From Candidatus Kuenenia stuttgartensis (lineage in GTDB: Bacteria > Planctomycetota > Brocadiia > Brocadiales > Brocadiaceae): DNA of 32,000 nt. Below, piece after piece: positions 1 to 7,675 of the stretch. The stretch is taken from NCBI RefSeq assembly GCF_900232105.1, contig NZ_LT934425.1, forward strand, positions 2,220,001-2,252,000, written 5' to 3'. Under the pieces are notes generated by a model that saw only the letters and a program-made list of their open reading frames with translations, did no database searches and had not been told where the DNA came from. Within the stretch, counting starts at the first letter, position 1; each line of letters begins with the position of its first letter. Position numbers and translations under genes: made by a program.

Positions 1-209
1 AGAAGGATAGCCTGACAGATGAAGAGGCAAAAAAGGCGACCACGGCAGCAAGGGAGCTTTTAGTCCACGTCTCAAACTGTGACGGTTTGTCCATACTTTC
101 CGAAAGATTGAGTAAAAAGGAAGTTGATAATTTAAGCGAGAAACTTGCTGCCGCAAGAAAGGCAGGCGTACCTTTACTGGATTGGGCAGAAACCATAAGA
201 GGCAAATGA
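1..209 (+). CDS. C-terminal part of a hypothetical protein (...LDWAETIRGK*), 5' end outside window
   Basis: Open frame from position 3 to TGA at 207-209; followed closely by the next ORF at 218. Confidence 0.6.
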   Translation, partial: KDSLTDEEAKKATTAARELLVHVSNCDGLSILSERLSKKEVDNLSEKLAAARKAGVPLLDWAETIRGK

Positions 210-217
210 AATAAACC

Positions 218-631
218 ATGGAGACAGATAAGAAAGGTTTGGCGATCATATTTCATAGCGGTTCTTACGACCGCATTTATCACGGTTTTTCCATAGTCCT
301 TGTAGCCCTGGCATTGGGCAGAGAGGTAAGGTGTTTTTTTACCTATTGGGCATTAGAATATCTGATAAAAGGAAAGTCTGTGTTCCAGCTTAATGAAGAG
401 GGACAGACTCACAGGAAGCTATTAGAAGCGCATATGAGAAAGGGCCATATTCAGGAAATATCTGAACTTTTAACTCAATCTAAGGCAATGGGTGCAAAGT
501 TTTATGTGTGTACCAATTCTATGGGCTTGTTAAATATATCGCGGGATGAAATTGTAAATGAGGTTGATAAGAGTATGGGGTTAACCACATTTCTCGCGGA
601 GACTGGTCAGGATCAAATCCTATTTATTTAA
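218..631 (+). CDS. DsrE/DsrF-like family protein
   Basis: 137-aa ORF; sequence IIFHSGSYDRIYHGFSIVLVALALGREVRCFFTYWAL resembles DsrE/F-like small sulfur-relay/peroxiredoxin-like proteins. Confidence 0.7.
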   Translation: METDKKGLAIIFHSGSYDRIYHGFSIVLVALALGREVRCFFTYWALEYLIKGKSVFQLNEEGQTHRKLLEAHMRKGHIQEISELLTQSKAMGAKFYVCTNSMGLLNISRDEIVNEVDKSMGLTTFLAETGQDQILFI

Positions 632-694
632 TTTATGAAAGAAATAAAGATCATGGGTATCAACCATTGATATTGCACATATTTTTGAAAGGAG

Positions 695-1159
695 GTGTTT
701 ACTATGAAGGATCGAATTAAAATCAACGATAGTGTCACATCGGCGAGTCAACCATCAGAAGAAGAAATTAAAAAACTACCGCAACAAGGATTTAAATCGG
801 TTGTCAATCTTCGGGCTTCCGGGGAAGAAGATCAGCCACTTTCTCCAAAAGAGGAGGGGGATCTGGTTAAAAAAACAGGGATGAAATACCTGCATATTCC
901 GGTATCAACTAAAGAAGAAATCAAGCCGGAGTTGGTTGATCGATTTCGAAAAGAAATAGAGCTTCTCCCGGCACCTGTTTTCGTACACTGCCATACGGGG
1001 AAGCGCGCCGGGGCGTTTACTATGATGTATCAGGCATTAAAAGAGGGAGTCACGGGTGAGGAAGCGATTCAGAAGGCAGAGTCTATGGGTTTTGCATGTG
1101 ATGTGCCGCAGTTAAAAGCGTTCTTCATAGACTATATTAATCAGCACGGGAAAGTGTAG
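695..1159 (+). CDS. DUF442 / beta-lactamase hydrolase-like (protein tyrosine phosphatase-like) protein
   Basis: Contains the P-loop signature HCHTGKRAG (HCx5R) and the N-terminal SASQPSEEEIKKLPQQGFKSVVNLR motif; AGGAGG-like RBS upstream of the start. Confidence 0.85.
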   Translation: MFTMKDRIKINDSVTSASQPSEEEIKKLPQQGFKSVVNLRASGEEDQPLSPKEEGDLVKKTGMKYLHIPVSTKEEIKPELVDRFRKEIELLPAPVFVHCHTGKRAGAFTMMYQALKEGVTGEEAIQKAESMGFACDVPQLKAFFIDYINQHGKV

Positions 1160-1288
1160 TTATAGTGAAACGTTAATAGAAAGTAGTCATTGCGATGGTT
1201 AGCCCAAAGCAATCTTTAAAAACCTCTTTAATTAGTTTTTTTAATGAAAAGTTTTGAAAATCAAAGAATATAAGGAGAAGTTTTAAAA

Positions 1289-1447
1289 ATGGAAAGATAC
1301 AAATGTTTGGTTTGTGGATATATCTATGACCCCAGTTCTGGCGATCCTGACCATGGAATTGATCCTGGCACCAGCTTTCAAAATTTACCTGATGATTGGA
1401 CATGCCCTCCATGTGGCGCTCCAAAGGAACAGTTTGAACAAATTTAA
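1289..1447 (+). CDS. Rubredoxin, 52 aa (absent from supplied ORF track)
   Basis: [52 protein letters not shown]; paired CxxC motifs ([14 protein letters not shown]) typical of rubredoxin; AAGGAG RBS upstream. Confidence 0.95.
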   Translation: MERYKCLVCGYIYDPSSGDPDHGIDPGTSFQNLPDDWTCPPCGAPKEQFEQI

Positions 1448-1703
1448 AAGTTTTGGATAAATGACATATCAATGGAGACAGATGGGGGTAAAAAATTTCT
1501 GGATTGACCTGCTCAACTTCAACGGAGATTCACCTCAAGTCAAAAAACAAAAATGCCGCCGGAGTATCGTGTACGCTAGCACATTACCGCAAACACATGC
1601 CTCCGCGTACTATCTTCCTTTTCTGACAATGCACCCAGTGCACAGAGATCGTCTTTCTGTGCGGGTGCAAGTCTTATCGCTTCAACCCCCAAGGGAGGAA
1701 CAT

Positions 1704-1761
1704 AGGGACACTTCCCATGTTTTTTTCACCAGATCAAGCAATAAATATGGGAAGTGTCCCC
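1704..1761. repeat. Copy 1 of dispersed palindromic element (AGGGACACTTCCCATG...ATATGGGAAGTGTCCCC)
   Basis: Inverted arms GGGACACTTCCCAT / ATGGGAAGTGTCCC with a similar spacer (ACCAGATCAAGCA) to the copies at 5271 and 7596. Confidence 0.85.
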
Positions 1762-1954
1762 TTAATCCCTTAATTCCCGAAGAAGCTCTTCTTTAGATAT
1801 CTTTGATTTCATAATAGCTACTTTCCGACTTATGACTTATAATCACTGATCAAGGTTTGACCCTCATTCCCCGTTTTTGGGAAATGTTTATTACTATTTT
1901 ATGGAATCAATTTAAACTATTTTCAGTAAATTATTGTATTGGTAACACAGAAAC

Positions 1955-2653
1955 ATGCATACACTTATTGAAGATAAATCATTTCGAAACAAATTATATG
2001 TCTTTAAAGACAGGAGAGAAGCAGGAAAACTCCTTTCGCAACAGCTCGTGGGACACAAAAACACCGATGCCATAGTGCTTGGCATACCTTCCGGAGGCGT
2101 CCCGGTAGCTGCAGAAATAGCAAATGCCCTTGTGCTTCCCCTTGACTTACTCATTGTGCGAAAGGTACAGATACCCTATAACACAGAATCCGGATTTGGC
2201 GCTGTCAGCCCTGATAACATGGTATTATTGAATGAAAAACTCTTCAGCAAACTCAACTTATCTGCAGAAGAGGTTAAACGACAGATTCAAAGAACTAGAG
2301 AAACAATCAAAAAGAGAAACGATCTCTTTAGAAAAGGCGTGCCATTTCCTTCCGTAAAAAACAAGGTCGCAATTATTGTAGACGATGGATTGGCGTCCGG
2401 TTATACCATGCTTTCCGCCATTGCATTTATAAAAAGACATGAACCTCAAAAGGTTGTAGTTGCCGTTCCAACAGGATCAAAAGAAACGGTTGATGACGTT
2501 CTGTCTCAGGTTGATGAACTTGTTTGCCTTAACGTGAGAAGCGGTTTTGTTTTCGCCGTGGCAGACGCCTATGAGAACTGGCATGATTTGGATGATGATG
2601 AAGTACTATCTTTCTTAAAAAATTTCAACGAATCAGGGACAAGCAATGACTGA
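1955..2653 (+). CDS. Phosphoribosyltransferase family protein
   Basis: 232 aa; PRTase motif VAIIVDDGLASGYTM and N-terminal VLGIPSGGVPVAAEIANAL. Confidence 0.88.
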   Translation: MHTLIEDKSFRNKLYVFKDRREAGKLLSQQLVGHKNTDAIVLGIPSGGVPVAAEIANALVLPLDLLIVRKVQIPYNTESGFGAVSPDNMVLLNEKLFSKLNLSAEEVKRQIQRTRETIKKRNDLFRKGVPFPSVKNKVAIIVDDGLASGYTMLSAIAFIKRHEPQKVVVAVPTGSKETVDDVLSQVDELVCLNVRSGFVFAVADAYENWHDLDDDEVLSFLKNFNESGTSND

Positions 2654-2727
2654 TTATTGAAAGATTTTTTTTAGAACCTTTAAGATATTACGATTTATCA
2701 TTATTGAAAGGAAGGTAAACATAAATA

Positions 2728-2982
2728 ATGATTCCCATTCATGAACTGCTGAACAAAATACTTTGGAACAGCGAATTTGGGAAAGGTACTTTTGAAATCG
2801 GTTACTTTGACCGCGTTGCACAGAAAATCATGAGGGTCCCCTTTAAAAATATCCTTTTAGAAAAAGGAAACCACGCTACCTTCCAGTTGATGGACGCTAA
2901 TGGAGAATTATTAACAATTCCTTTTCACCGTGTGAGGGAGGTCTATAAGGACGGAGAACTGATCTGGAACAGGCCACATTGA
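2728..2982 (+). CDS. DUF504 / MJ1316-type RNA repair domain protein
   Basis: 84 aa; MIPIHELLNKILWNSEFGKGTFEIGYFDRV...IPFHRVREVYKDGELIWNRP closely matches the known DUF504 family pattern. Confidence 0.85.
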   Translation: MIPIHELLNKILWNSEFGKGTFEIGYFDRVAQKIMRVPFKNILLEKGNHATFQLMDANGELLTIPFHRVREVYKDGELIWNRPH

Positions 2983-3060
2983 ATCGTTTATCTTTTACGC
3001 CTGCCCGGTGAAGTGGCCTCTTTTCCTTGTTTATATGTGTTTGCCAAATTATTATCTATT

Positions 3061-3115
3061 GCAGACCATATTTATTCCAGACCAGCATTGTCAATAGATA
3101 AGGCTTGACCCCATC
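3061..3115. repeat. Partial copy of dispersed sequence GCAGACCATATTTATTCYAGACCAGCATTGTMAATAGATA
   Basis: Near-identical to parts of 4250-4360 and 7676-7793. Confidence 0.8.
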
Positions 3116-3120
3116 GATTA

Positions 3121-3278
3121 AGCTCCGTAGGAGCGGCCTGTTTGTAACAAAATAGGATATTATAACAGATCGTAGAGACAGGTTTGAAACCTGTCTCTGC
3201 AATTAGGAGCGACCTGTCTCTTGTAAATCCATATTAAACAGGTCTGCCTGAATATGGACAGGCCGCTCCTACGGAGCT
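3121..3278. repeat. MITE-like element with 20-bp perfect terminal inverted repeats and an internal palindrome
   Basis: AGCTCCGTAGGAGCGGCCTG (3121-3140) is the reverse complement of CAGGCCGCTCCTACGGAGCT (3259-3278); internal AGAGACAGGTTTGAAACCTGTCTCT at 3174-3198. Confidence 0.85.
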
Positions 3279-3353
3279 ATTTACTCTATTGAATTTTATT
3301 GTGCTACAAACAGACCGCCCCTAACGGGGCTACATGGTATTTTTTCTATACCG

Positions 3354-3381
3354 GGAATTTTTCAAAAAACTAAAGTGTTAC
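3354..3381 (+). repeat. Motif M copy: GGAATTTTTCAAAAAACTAAAGTGTTAC
   Basis: Inverted relative to the copy at 3984-4011; further relatives at 4111, 14957, 15100, 15804 and 20163. Confidence 0.75.
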
Positions 3382-3389
3382 GAAACCCG

Positions 3390-3545
3390 TGGTTTCAGTC
3401 TGATTGAGTATACATCACTTTGCTCTGTAGCTTCACCACGCGCATAAGAGCCAAATACAATTACCCGTTCAGAATCGGCGACAATGGCCATATTTTTTGT
3501 GACTCGTCTTATTTCATCTTTATTAACAATGAGGTGTACCCCGTT
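3390..3545 (-). pseudogene. Fragment of a MNT-type nucleotidyltransferase domain
   Basis: Reverse-strand translation NGVHLIVNKDEIRRVTKNMAIVADSERVIVFGSYARGEATEQSDVYSIRLKP carries the GSYARGEATEQSDV nucleotidyltransferase signature but has no complete gene around it. Confidence 0.65.
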
Positions 3546-3987
3546 GTCAAGATGGCTTCAAGTAAAACCTGACGGTGAAGAATTCATGAAGCGGCTACAA
3601 ACCGAAGGTTCTAAGGTTAAAGTTGAATTTCTGATATCGTCTTACGATATACCAGAGGCTGTGCGTGGTTCCTATAACAAAGAGAAGTACCGATTTGTTA
3701 TTGAATTTAAATATATAGGCGACGAACCAACGAAAGCAGAACCGCAAGATAATTACGTTACATTTGTAATTGGCAAAAATAGTAGTCGGTTATATAGAAT
3801 TGAAATTGGCGTTAAAGCATTAAGGGTAGAAAAGGTTGAATTGCGAATGAAAATAAAAGATAAAGGCAAAAAAACACTCAACAACCTCATTCAGAAACCA
3901 ATAAATAGGCTTAGACAGGATAATTACCGGCTCACACAGAAGGCTTTATCTGAAATAGAAGATGAGCTTTACTCACCTTTGTTGTAA
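3484..3987 (+). CDS. Hypothetical protein (true start probably downstream of 3484; may be a 5'-truncated gene)
   Basis: ORF of 167 aa; the first ~26 codons overlap the antisense nucleotidyltransferase fragment, so only the later part (VKPDGEEFMKRLQTEG...) looks authentic. Confidence 0.45.
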   Translation: MAIFFVTRLISSLLTMRCTPLSRWLQVKPDGEEFMKRLQTEGSKVKVEFLISSYDIPEAVRGSYNKEKYRFVIEFKYIGDEPTKAEPQDNYVTFVIGKNSSRLYRIEIGVKALRVEKVELRMKIKDKGKKTLNNLIQKPINRLRQDNYRLTQKALSEIEDELYSPLL

Positions 3988-4011
3988 CACTTTGGTTTTT
4001 CGAAAAATTCC
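3984..4011 (-). repeat. Motif M copy in inverted orientation (GTAACACTTTGGTTTTTCGAAAAATTCC)
   Basis: Near reverse complement of 3354-3381. Confidence 0.75.
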
Positions 4012-4040
4012 AATACTAGCGCTGTTTGCCGCACAGTGTA

Positions 4041-4106
4041 GGGGCGAAGCATTTGCTATAAATTGTCATAAATGTGTTCATACCCAAACGGGCAAATGCA
4101 TCGCCC
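4041..4106. repeat. Short inverted-repeat element GGGGCGAAGCATTTGC ... GCAAATGCATCGCCC
   Basis: Arms are near reverse complements flanking ~35 bp. Confidence 0.7.
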
Positions 4107-4249
4107 ATACTTTTTCAAAAAACTAAAATGCTACCCTCTGTTGGAAATATCTCATAGAAGGCAATTCAGATTATAAGCTCCCGCGAACTCAACTTGGAAA
4201 ATTGCAAATTCCTGGTAATTTCGGAAATACCTTACTTGATTCTACGAAC

Positions 4250-4360
4250 TAAAATTAGGTATGATGTCGCTTGAATTCAAGTCTGGCAATGATTTTTGGA
4301 AAAGAGTTGCAGACCATATTTATTCCAGACCAGCATTGTAAATAGATACGGTGACCCCAT
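4250..4360. repeat. Dispersed ~110-bp repeat, copy 1 (TAAAATTAGGTATGATGTCGCTTGAATTCAAGTCTGGCAATG...)
   Basis: High identity to 7676-7793; partial copy at 3061-3115. Confidence 0.85.
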
Positions 4361-4498
4361 GACCCTTTATGCAAATCTCATGTTCTCATCAGTATAACTG
4401 AAATTTAACAGCGAATTACTGTAAAGCCGTTAAGCGGAAGAAAAAGAGAAATAAGTATTGCACAATCATCCTTAATGTGGGATATTTGATGCGAATGT

Positions 4499-4858
4499 AT
4501 GACTTGGAAAAGCGAGATGTTAAAATCTATTATTTGGATAGGTTCTTCATTGAAAGACTTGAAAGAATTTCCAAAAGAAGTACAAAGAGAATTTGGGTAT
4601 GCATTATATCAGGCACAGATGAATAAAAAGCATCACAGAACGAATCCACTAAAAGGTTTCGATGGTGTTATGGAAATTGTCAGTGATTAGGATAAAGATA
4701 CCTACAGAGGAATATATACTTATAAACTGGGAGTGAATATTTACGTGCTCCATACTTTCAAAAAGAAATCCAAAAAGGGCATAAAGACTCCGAAAGAAGA
4801 AATCGAGGTCATAAAGCAACGATTAAAAAGAGCGAAAGAAATAGCCGAAGGAAAATAA
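4499..4858 (-). other. Placeholder not used: see the plus-strand pseudogene entry with the same coordinates
   Basis: No minus-strand feature is claimed here. Confidence 0.
4499..4858 (+). pseudogene. HigB/RelE-like (phage Gp49-like, DUF891) toxin gene with one in-frame TAG stop
   Basis: MLKSIIWIGSSLKDLKEFPKEVQREFGYALYQAQMNKKHH...GFDGVMEIVSD [TAG 4688-4690] DKDTYRGIYTYKLGVNIYVLHTFKKKSKKGIKTPKEEIEVIKQRLKRAKEIAEGK*; both halves are in the same frame (stop at 4856-4858). Confidence 0.85.
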
Positions 4859-4859
4859 G

Positions 4860-5186
4860 ATGAAAGAAGATTATATCGTCGGTTCAGGAAACGTATTTAA
4901 TGATTTAGACTTTGAAAATCCGGAAGAAGAATTAGCTAAAGCAAGATTGGCTTCAATTATTAATGATATAATTGAGGAAAGAGGACTTTCCCAGGAGCAA
5001 GCCGGAAAAATTCTTGGAGTAAATCAACCGAAAATATCTGCTCTAAAAAATGGGAGATTAAAGGGTTTTTCTATGGAACGGTTATTTTCTTTTCTAGAAA
5101 AATTAGATCAACACATAGAAATAACCATTACCGATAAATCTAAAGTTAAAGCGAAGCGTAGTATTGAAGTCGCATATATACATTGA
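4860..5186 (+). CDS. HigA-like XRE-family HTH antitoxin
   Basis: 108 aa; HTH segment GLSQEQAGKILGVNQPKISALKNGRLKGFSMERLFSFLEKL; starts 1 nt after the toxin frame ends. Confidence 0.88.
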   Translation: MKEDYIVGSGNVFNDLDFENPEEELAKARLASIINDIIEERGLSQEQAGKILGVNQPKISALKNGRLKGFSMERLFSFLEKLDQHIEITITDKSKVKAKRSIEVAYIH

Positions 5187-5270
5187 TCTTGTTCGTTTTA
5201 AAGGGTTACACATTCCTTTATCTTAAGTTTGATAGGGCAGGCAGTCACATCTGGGTCAGTCACACAATCA

Positions 5271-5342
5271 GATAATCAGGGGACACTTCCCATATTGCTT
5301 GCTTGATCTTGGGAAAATAAGGGAAGTGTCCCTATATTTCCC
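5271..5342. repeat. Copy 2 of dispersed palindromic GGGACACTTCCC element
   Basis: GATAATCAGGGGACACTTCCCATATTGCTTGCTTGATCTTGGGAAAATAAGGGAAGTGTCCC. Confidence 0.88.
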
Positions 5343-5386
5343 TGAATAATAGTTGAATAATGAATGCCTGACCATCTGTCTCATGT

Positions 5387-5623
5387 TCACGACAAGACTA
5401 CTTCAGATTTTTCTCCGGTTGCTTCGTTAATTACGAAGAGCTTGCCGGCATCTTCCTTTTTCAACTGTTCGTTGGCGTTAAGTAATTCAATCCCATAAAT
5501 GGTACCGTCAGGAGCTATGTCTATGTTAATCTCTTCCCCTACCTTTATTGTCTCCACTCCTGTTGTTTTCTCATGCAACCTTATATAAGCTATGTTGTAT
5601 CTCGGATCATAGGTTAGTCTCAT
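5387..5623 (-). CDS. DUF2283 family protein
   Basis: 78 aa; MRLTYDPRYNIAYIRLHEKTTGVETIKVGEEINIDIAPDGTIYGIELLNA matches the DUF2283 pattern. Confidence 0.8.
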   Translation of the reverse strand: MRLTYDPRYNIAYIRLHEKTTGVETIKVGEEINIDIAPDGTIYGIELLNANEQLKKEDAGKLFVINEATGEKSEVVLS

Positions 5624-5638
5624 TTTCTTCCCTCCTTC

Positions 5639-5887
5639 CTAAAAATATTTGGTTATTACTGTAACAACTATCCAGTCGTTATTTTCTTTTACGGCAATTG
5701 CTTCAATCTGTTTTGTTGCATACTGCATCTCACGCCAAATACCGTCAAAATGAAAGTTTCTTCTGAAACCTGTCCTGCCAAATTTTGCCAGAAAAGTTTC
5801 GCCTCTTTCAACAGTTGCGACAACCTCATCTTCTGTTGCTCCACGCGCAGTCATTCGCTCTCTTGCATGCGGATGAAGTTTTATCAC
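5639..5887 (-). CDS. DUF4258 family protein
   Basis: 82 aa; HARERMTARGATEDEVVATVERGE...EAIAVKENNDWIVVTVITKYF matches the DUF4258 pattern; immediately upstream of the DUF2283 gene. Confidence 0.8.
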   Translation of the reverse strand: MIKLHPHARERMTARGATEDEVVATVERGETFLAKFGRTGFRRNFHFDGIWREMQYATKQIEAIAVKENNDWIVVTVITKYF

Positions 5888-5997
5888 TGTTCATTCTCCT
5901 TTTTCCCAGATTCTTATTTACGTAATTATACGACATTTTCTTTCCAATGCGGGTTCAGGTTTGCAACTCAATGCTATTAAGTTAAGAATTATTTGGT

Positions 5998-6084
5998 TAA
6001 AACAACCCCCTAAATCCCCCTTTTCTAAGGGGGACTTGAGGAATTCCCCCTTAATAAATGGGGTTAGGGGGTTGTTTTGCCAGC
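5998..6084. repeat. G/C-run palindromic element (AACCCCCTAAATCCCCCTTTTCTAAGGGGGA...AATGGGGTTAGGGGGTTG)
   Basis: Inverted C-run/G-run arms; similar sequence inside the methylase gene at 14329-14390. Confidence 0.75.
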
Positions 6085-6127
6085 ATTTATTGTGTATTCA
6101 AAAAGTCGTTGCCGAAGGCAGCCTGAT

Positions 6128-6340
6128 TTAAATGTTTTTAAAGTACAACCTTGCCTTGATTCTTTCTAAAGAAATTGGTGGTTCAAAGATTTTTATGGGA
6201 TCAAAAGCTATGGCGAACCAGTTTGTATCTTTAGTTGCAGGGCATTGATAGGGTGGTTTTGAAAATTGCATTATGCCAAATACATTTTTGCCTGTAATTG
6301 AAATATGAAGGCCGGACCCTGAACTCTCTCTTGATCCACC
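6128..6340 (-). pseudogene. Gene remnant, C-terminal-like coding stretch
   Basis: Reverse frame GGSRESSGSGLHISITGKNVFGIMQFSKPPYQCPATKDTNWFAIAFDPIKIFEPPISLERIKARLYFKNI* without a start codon near its 5' end. Confidence 0.4.
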
Positions 6341-6383
6341 CTACCGCAAAACCTGCTTAAATAAAATGAAAATTCCTATACTA

Positions 6384-7412
6384 TCAAGCTATAGCTTCGT
6401 CTATAGCGTCTTTTGCTTTGATAATTGCCTGCGCAAGCCGAGGAAGTGTTTTTTCTTTATCTGCATGTACAGAAGCCTTTGATGAAGCATTAATTTCACC
6501 AATTAACATATATGCTTTACTTATTTTTATGTCTTTATTGCTGATTACATACTTATATTGATTCCAAGAGGTGTCTGAAAGATAAATAAAATAATCATTC
6601 TCTAAATCTTTAGTTAATCTTGTTACTTTAATGTTTGGGGAATGCGCTGGATAAGCAGCTTCTATAAGCAAACGGTTAAGTCTTTTTATGAAATATTTCT
6701 CTAATTCGTTTAATTCGGCGGCTGATTTTTTTCTGTAGTCATTCGTATGGTTAACTAATCCTTCTGTTTCTTCTGAGAGCTTAAACGCAGGTATTCTTTT
6801 TTTAAAAATATCATCATAGAGCATAGGTTTACACAAAAGTTTGTTTAGCTCTTTATCAACTACTACTATCTCATCAATTCTATTTGCTTTTAAATCTTTA
6901 TTAATTTCTTTACAGAGATTTTCTAGACTTACGTTTTTAAATTCATCGTCGTTATGAAAGTCAAAATTGATAGCATTATCAATGCCTTTTTCTGATAAAT
7001 TTTTTGTTAGTTTTCGTAAATCGTTTTCTAATAATTCTTCAAAAATATTTTTATATTTTTCGGTTAAATAGTTTTTATTATTCTCTAATTCTTTTTTTAT
7101 CGTTTTTCTCCTTTTTCTATCAGTACGGAAGGACGTAAGCCAAGAACCAGCTAATGCGAGAATAGCTCCAACAAACATATTGATTAAAGAAAGTATAAAA
7201 TCAAACACCCTCTTCTTATTACGTTCGTAACAAAGTACTACTTTTTTTGCCTCTTTCCTGAAGATATTTTCGTTATTTTTATCTTTTTCGATAGAGACGT
7301 TATTGTTGCTTATTAAAGAGGTGGTACTTTCATGAGCGAATAAATTTAAAGCGATACTTATTAAGATGATGAATACTAATATGATATTTTTAGAAATGCC
7401 AAAGATTTTCAT
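6384..7412 (-). CDS. Hypothetical membrane-anchored protein with two predicted hydrophobic N-terminal segments
   Basis: 342-aa ORF; hydrophobic stretches NIILVFIILISIALNLFA and VFDFILSLINMFVGAILALAGSWL followed by a charged soluble region. Confidence 0.75.
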   Translation of the reverse strand: MKIFGISKNIILVFIILISIALNLFAHESTTSLISNNNVSIEKDKNNENIFRKEAKKVVLCYERNKKRVFDFILSLINMFVGAILALAGSWLTSFRTDRKRRKTIKKELENNKNYLTEKYKNIFEELLENDLRKLTKNLSEKGIDNAINFDFHNDDEFKNVSLENLCKEINKDLKANRIDEIVVVDKELNKLLCKPMLYDDIFKKRIPAFKLSEETEGLVNHTNDYRKKSAAELNELEKYFIKRLNRLLIEAAYPAHSPNIKVTRLTKDLENDYFIYLSDTSWNQYKYVISNKDIKISKAYMLIGEINASSKASVHADKEKTLPRLAQAIIKAKDAIDEAIA

Positions 7413-7595
7413 TTCGCTTACATGTCCTATTAAAAAAACCTTCCTTTACGCCTTGCAATAGGATACTTGTAACAAAAGTTGTAAAATTTGCAAGTTTTTT
7501 AAAGTTGTGGACAGAGGGTCGGAGGGTCAGTACTATTGTTCAGAATTTAAATATGAAGGAGACCCCATGCCTAAGCGCTGAGGCATCATAGTCAA

Positions 7596-7672
7596 GGGAT
7601 AATCAGGGGACACTTCCCATATTTCTTGCTCGATCTGGTGGAAAATATGGGAAGTGTCCCCTGATTATTCCC
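7596..7672. repeat. Copy 3 of dispersed palindromic element, most complete (GGGATAATCAGGGGACACTTCCCATATTT...AAATATGGGAAGTGTCCCCTGATTATTCCC)
   Basis: About 29-bp nearly perfect inverted arms. Confidence 0.92.
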
Positions 7673-7675
7673 GGC

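Noticed and set aside
1461-1796. 111-aa ORF after the rubredoxin gene
   Set aside because: Its 3' part is made of a palindromic repeat and no family-like motifs are visible.
3121-4360. Possible CRISPR array in the repeat-dense left region
   Set aside because: Repeats belong to different families, with irregular spacing and palindromic MITE/REP-like structure. No regular repeat-spacer pattern and no cas genes are present.
4499-4858. A minus-strand feature at these coordinates in the feature list (confidence 0)
   Set aside because: It is an empty placeholder; only the plus-strand toxin pseudogene is supported and the entry should be ignored.
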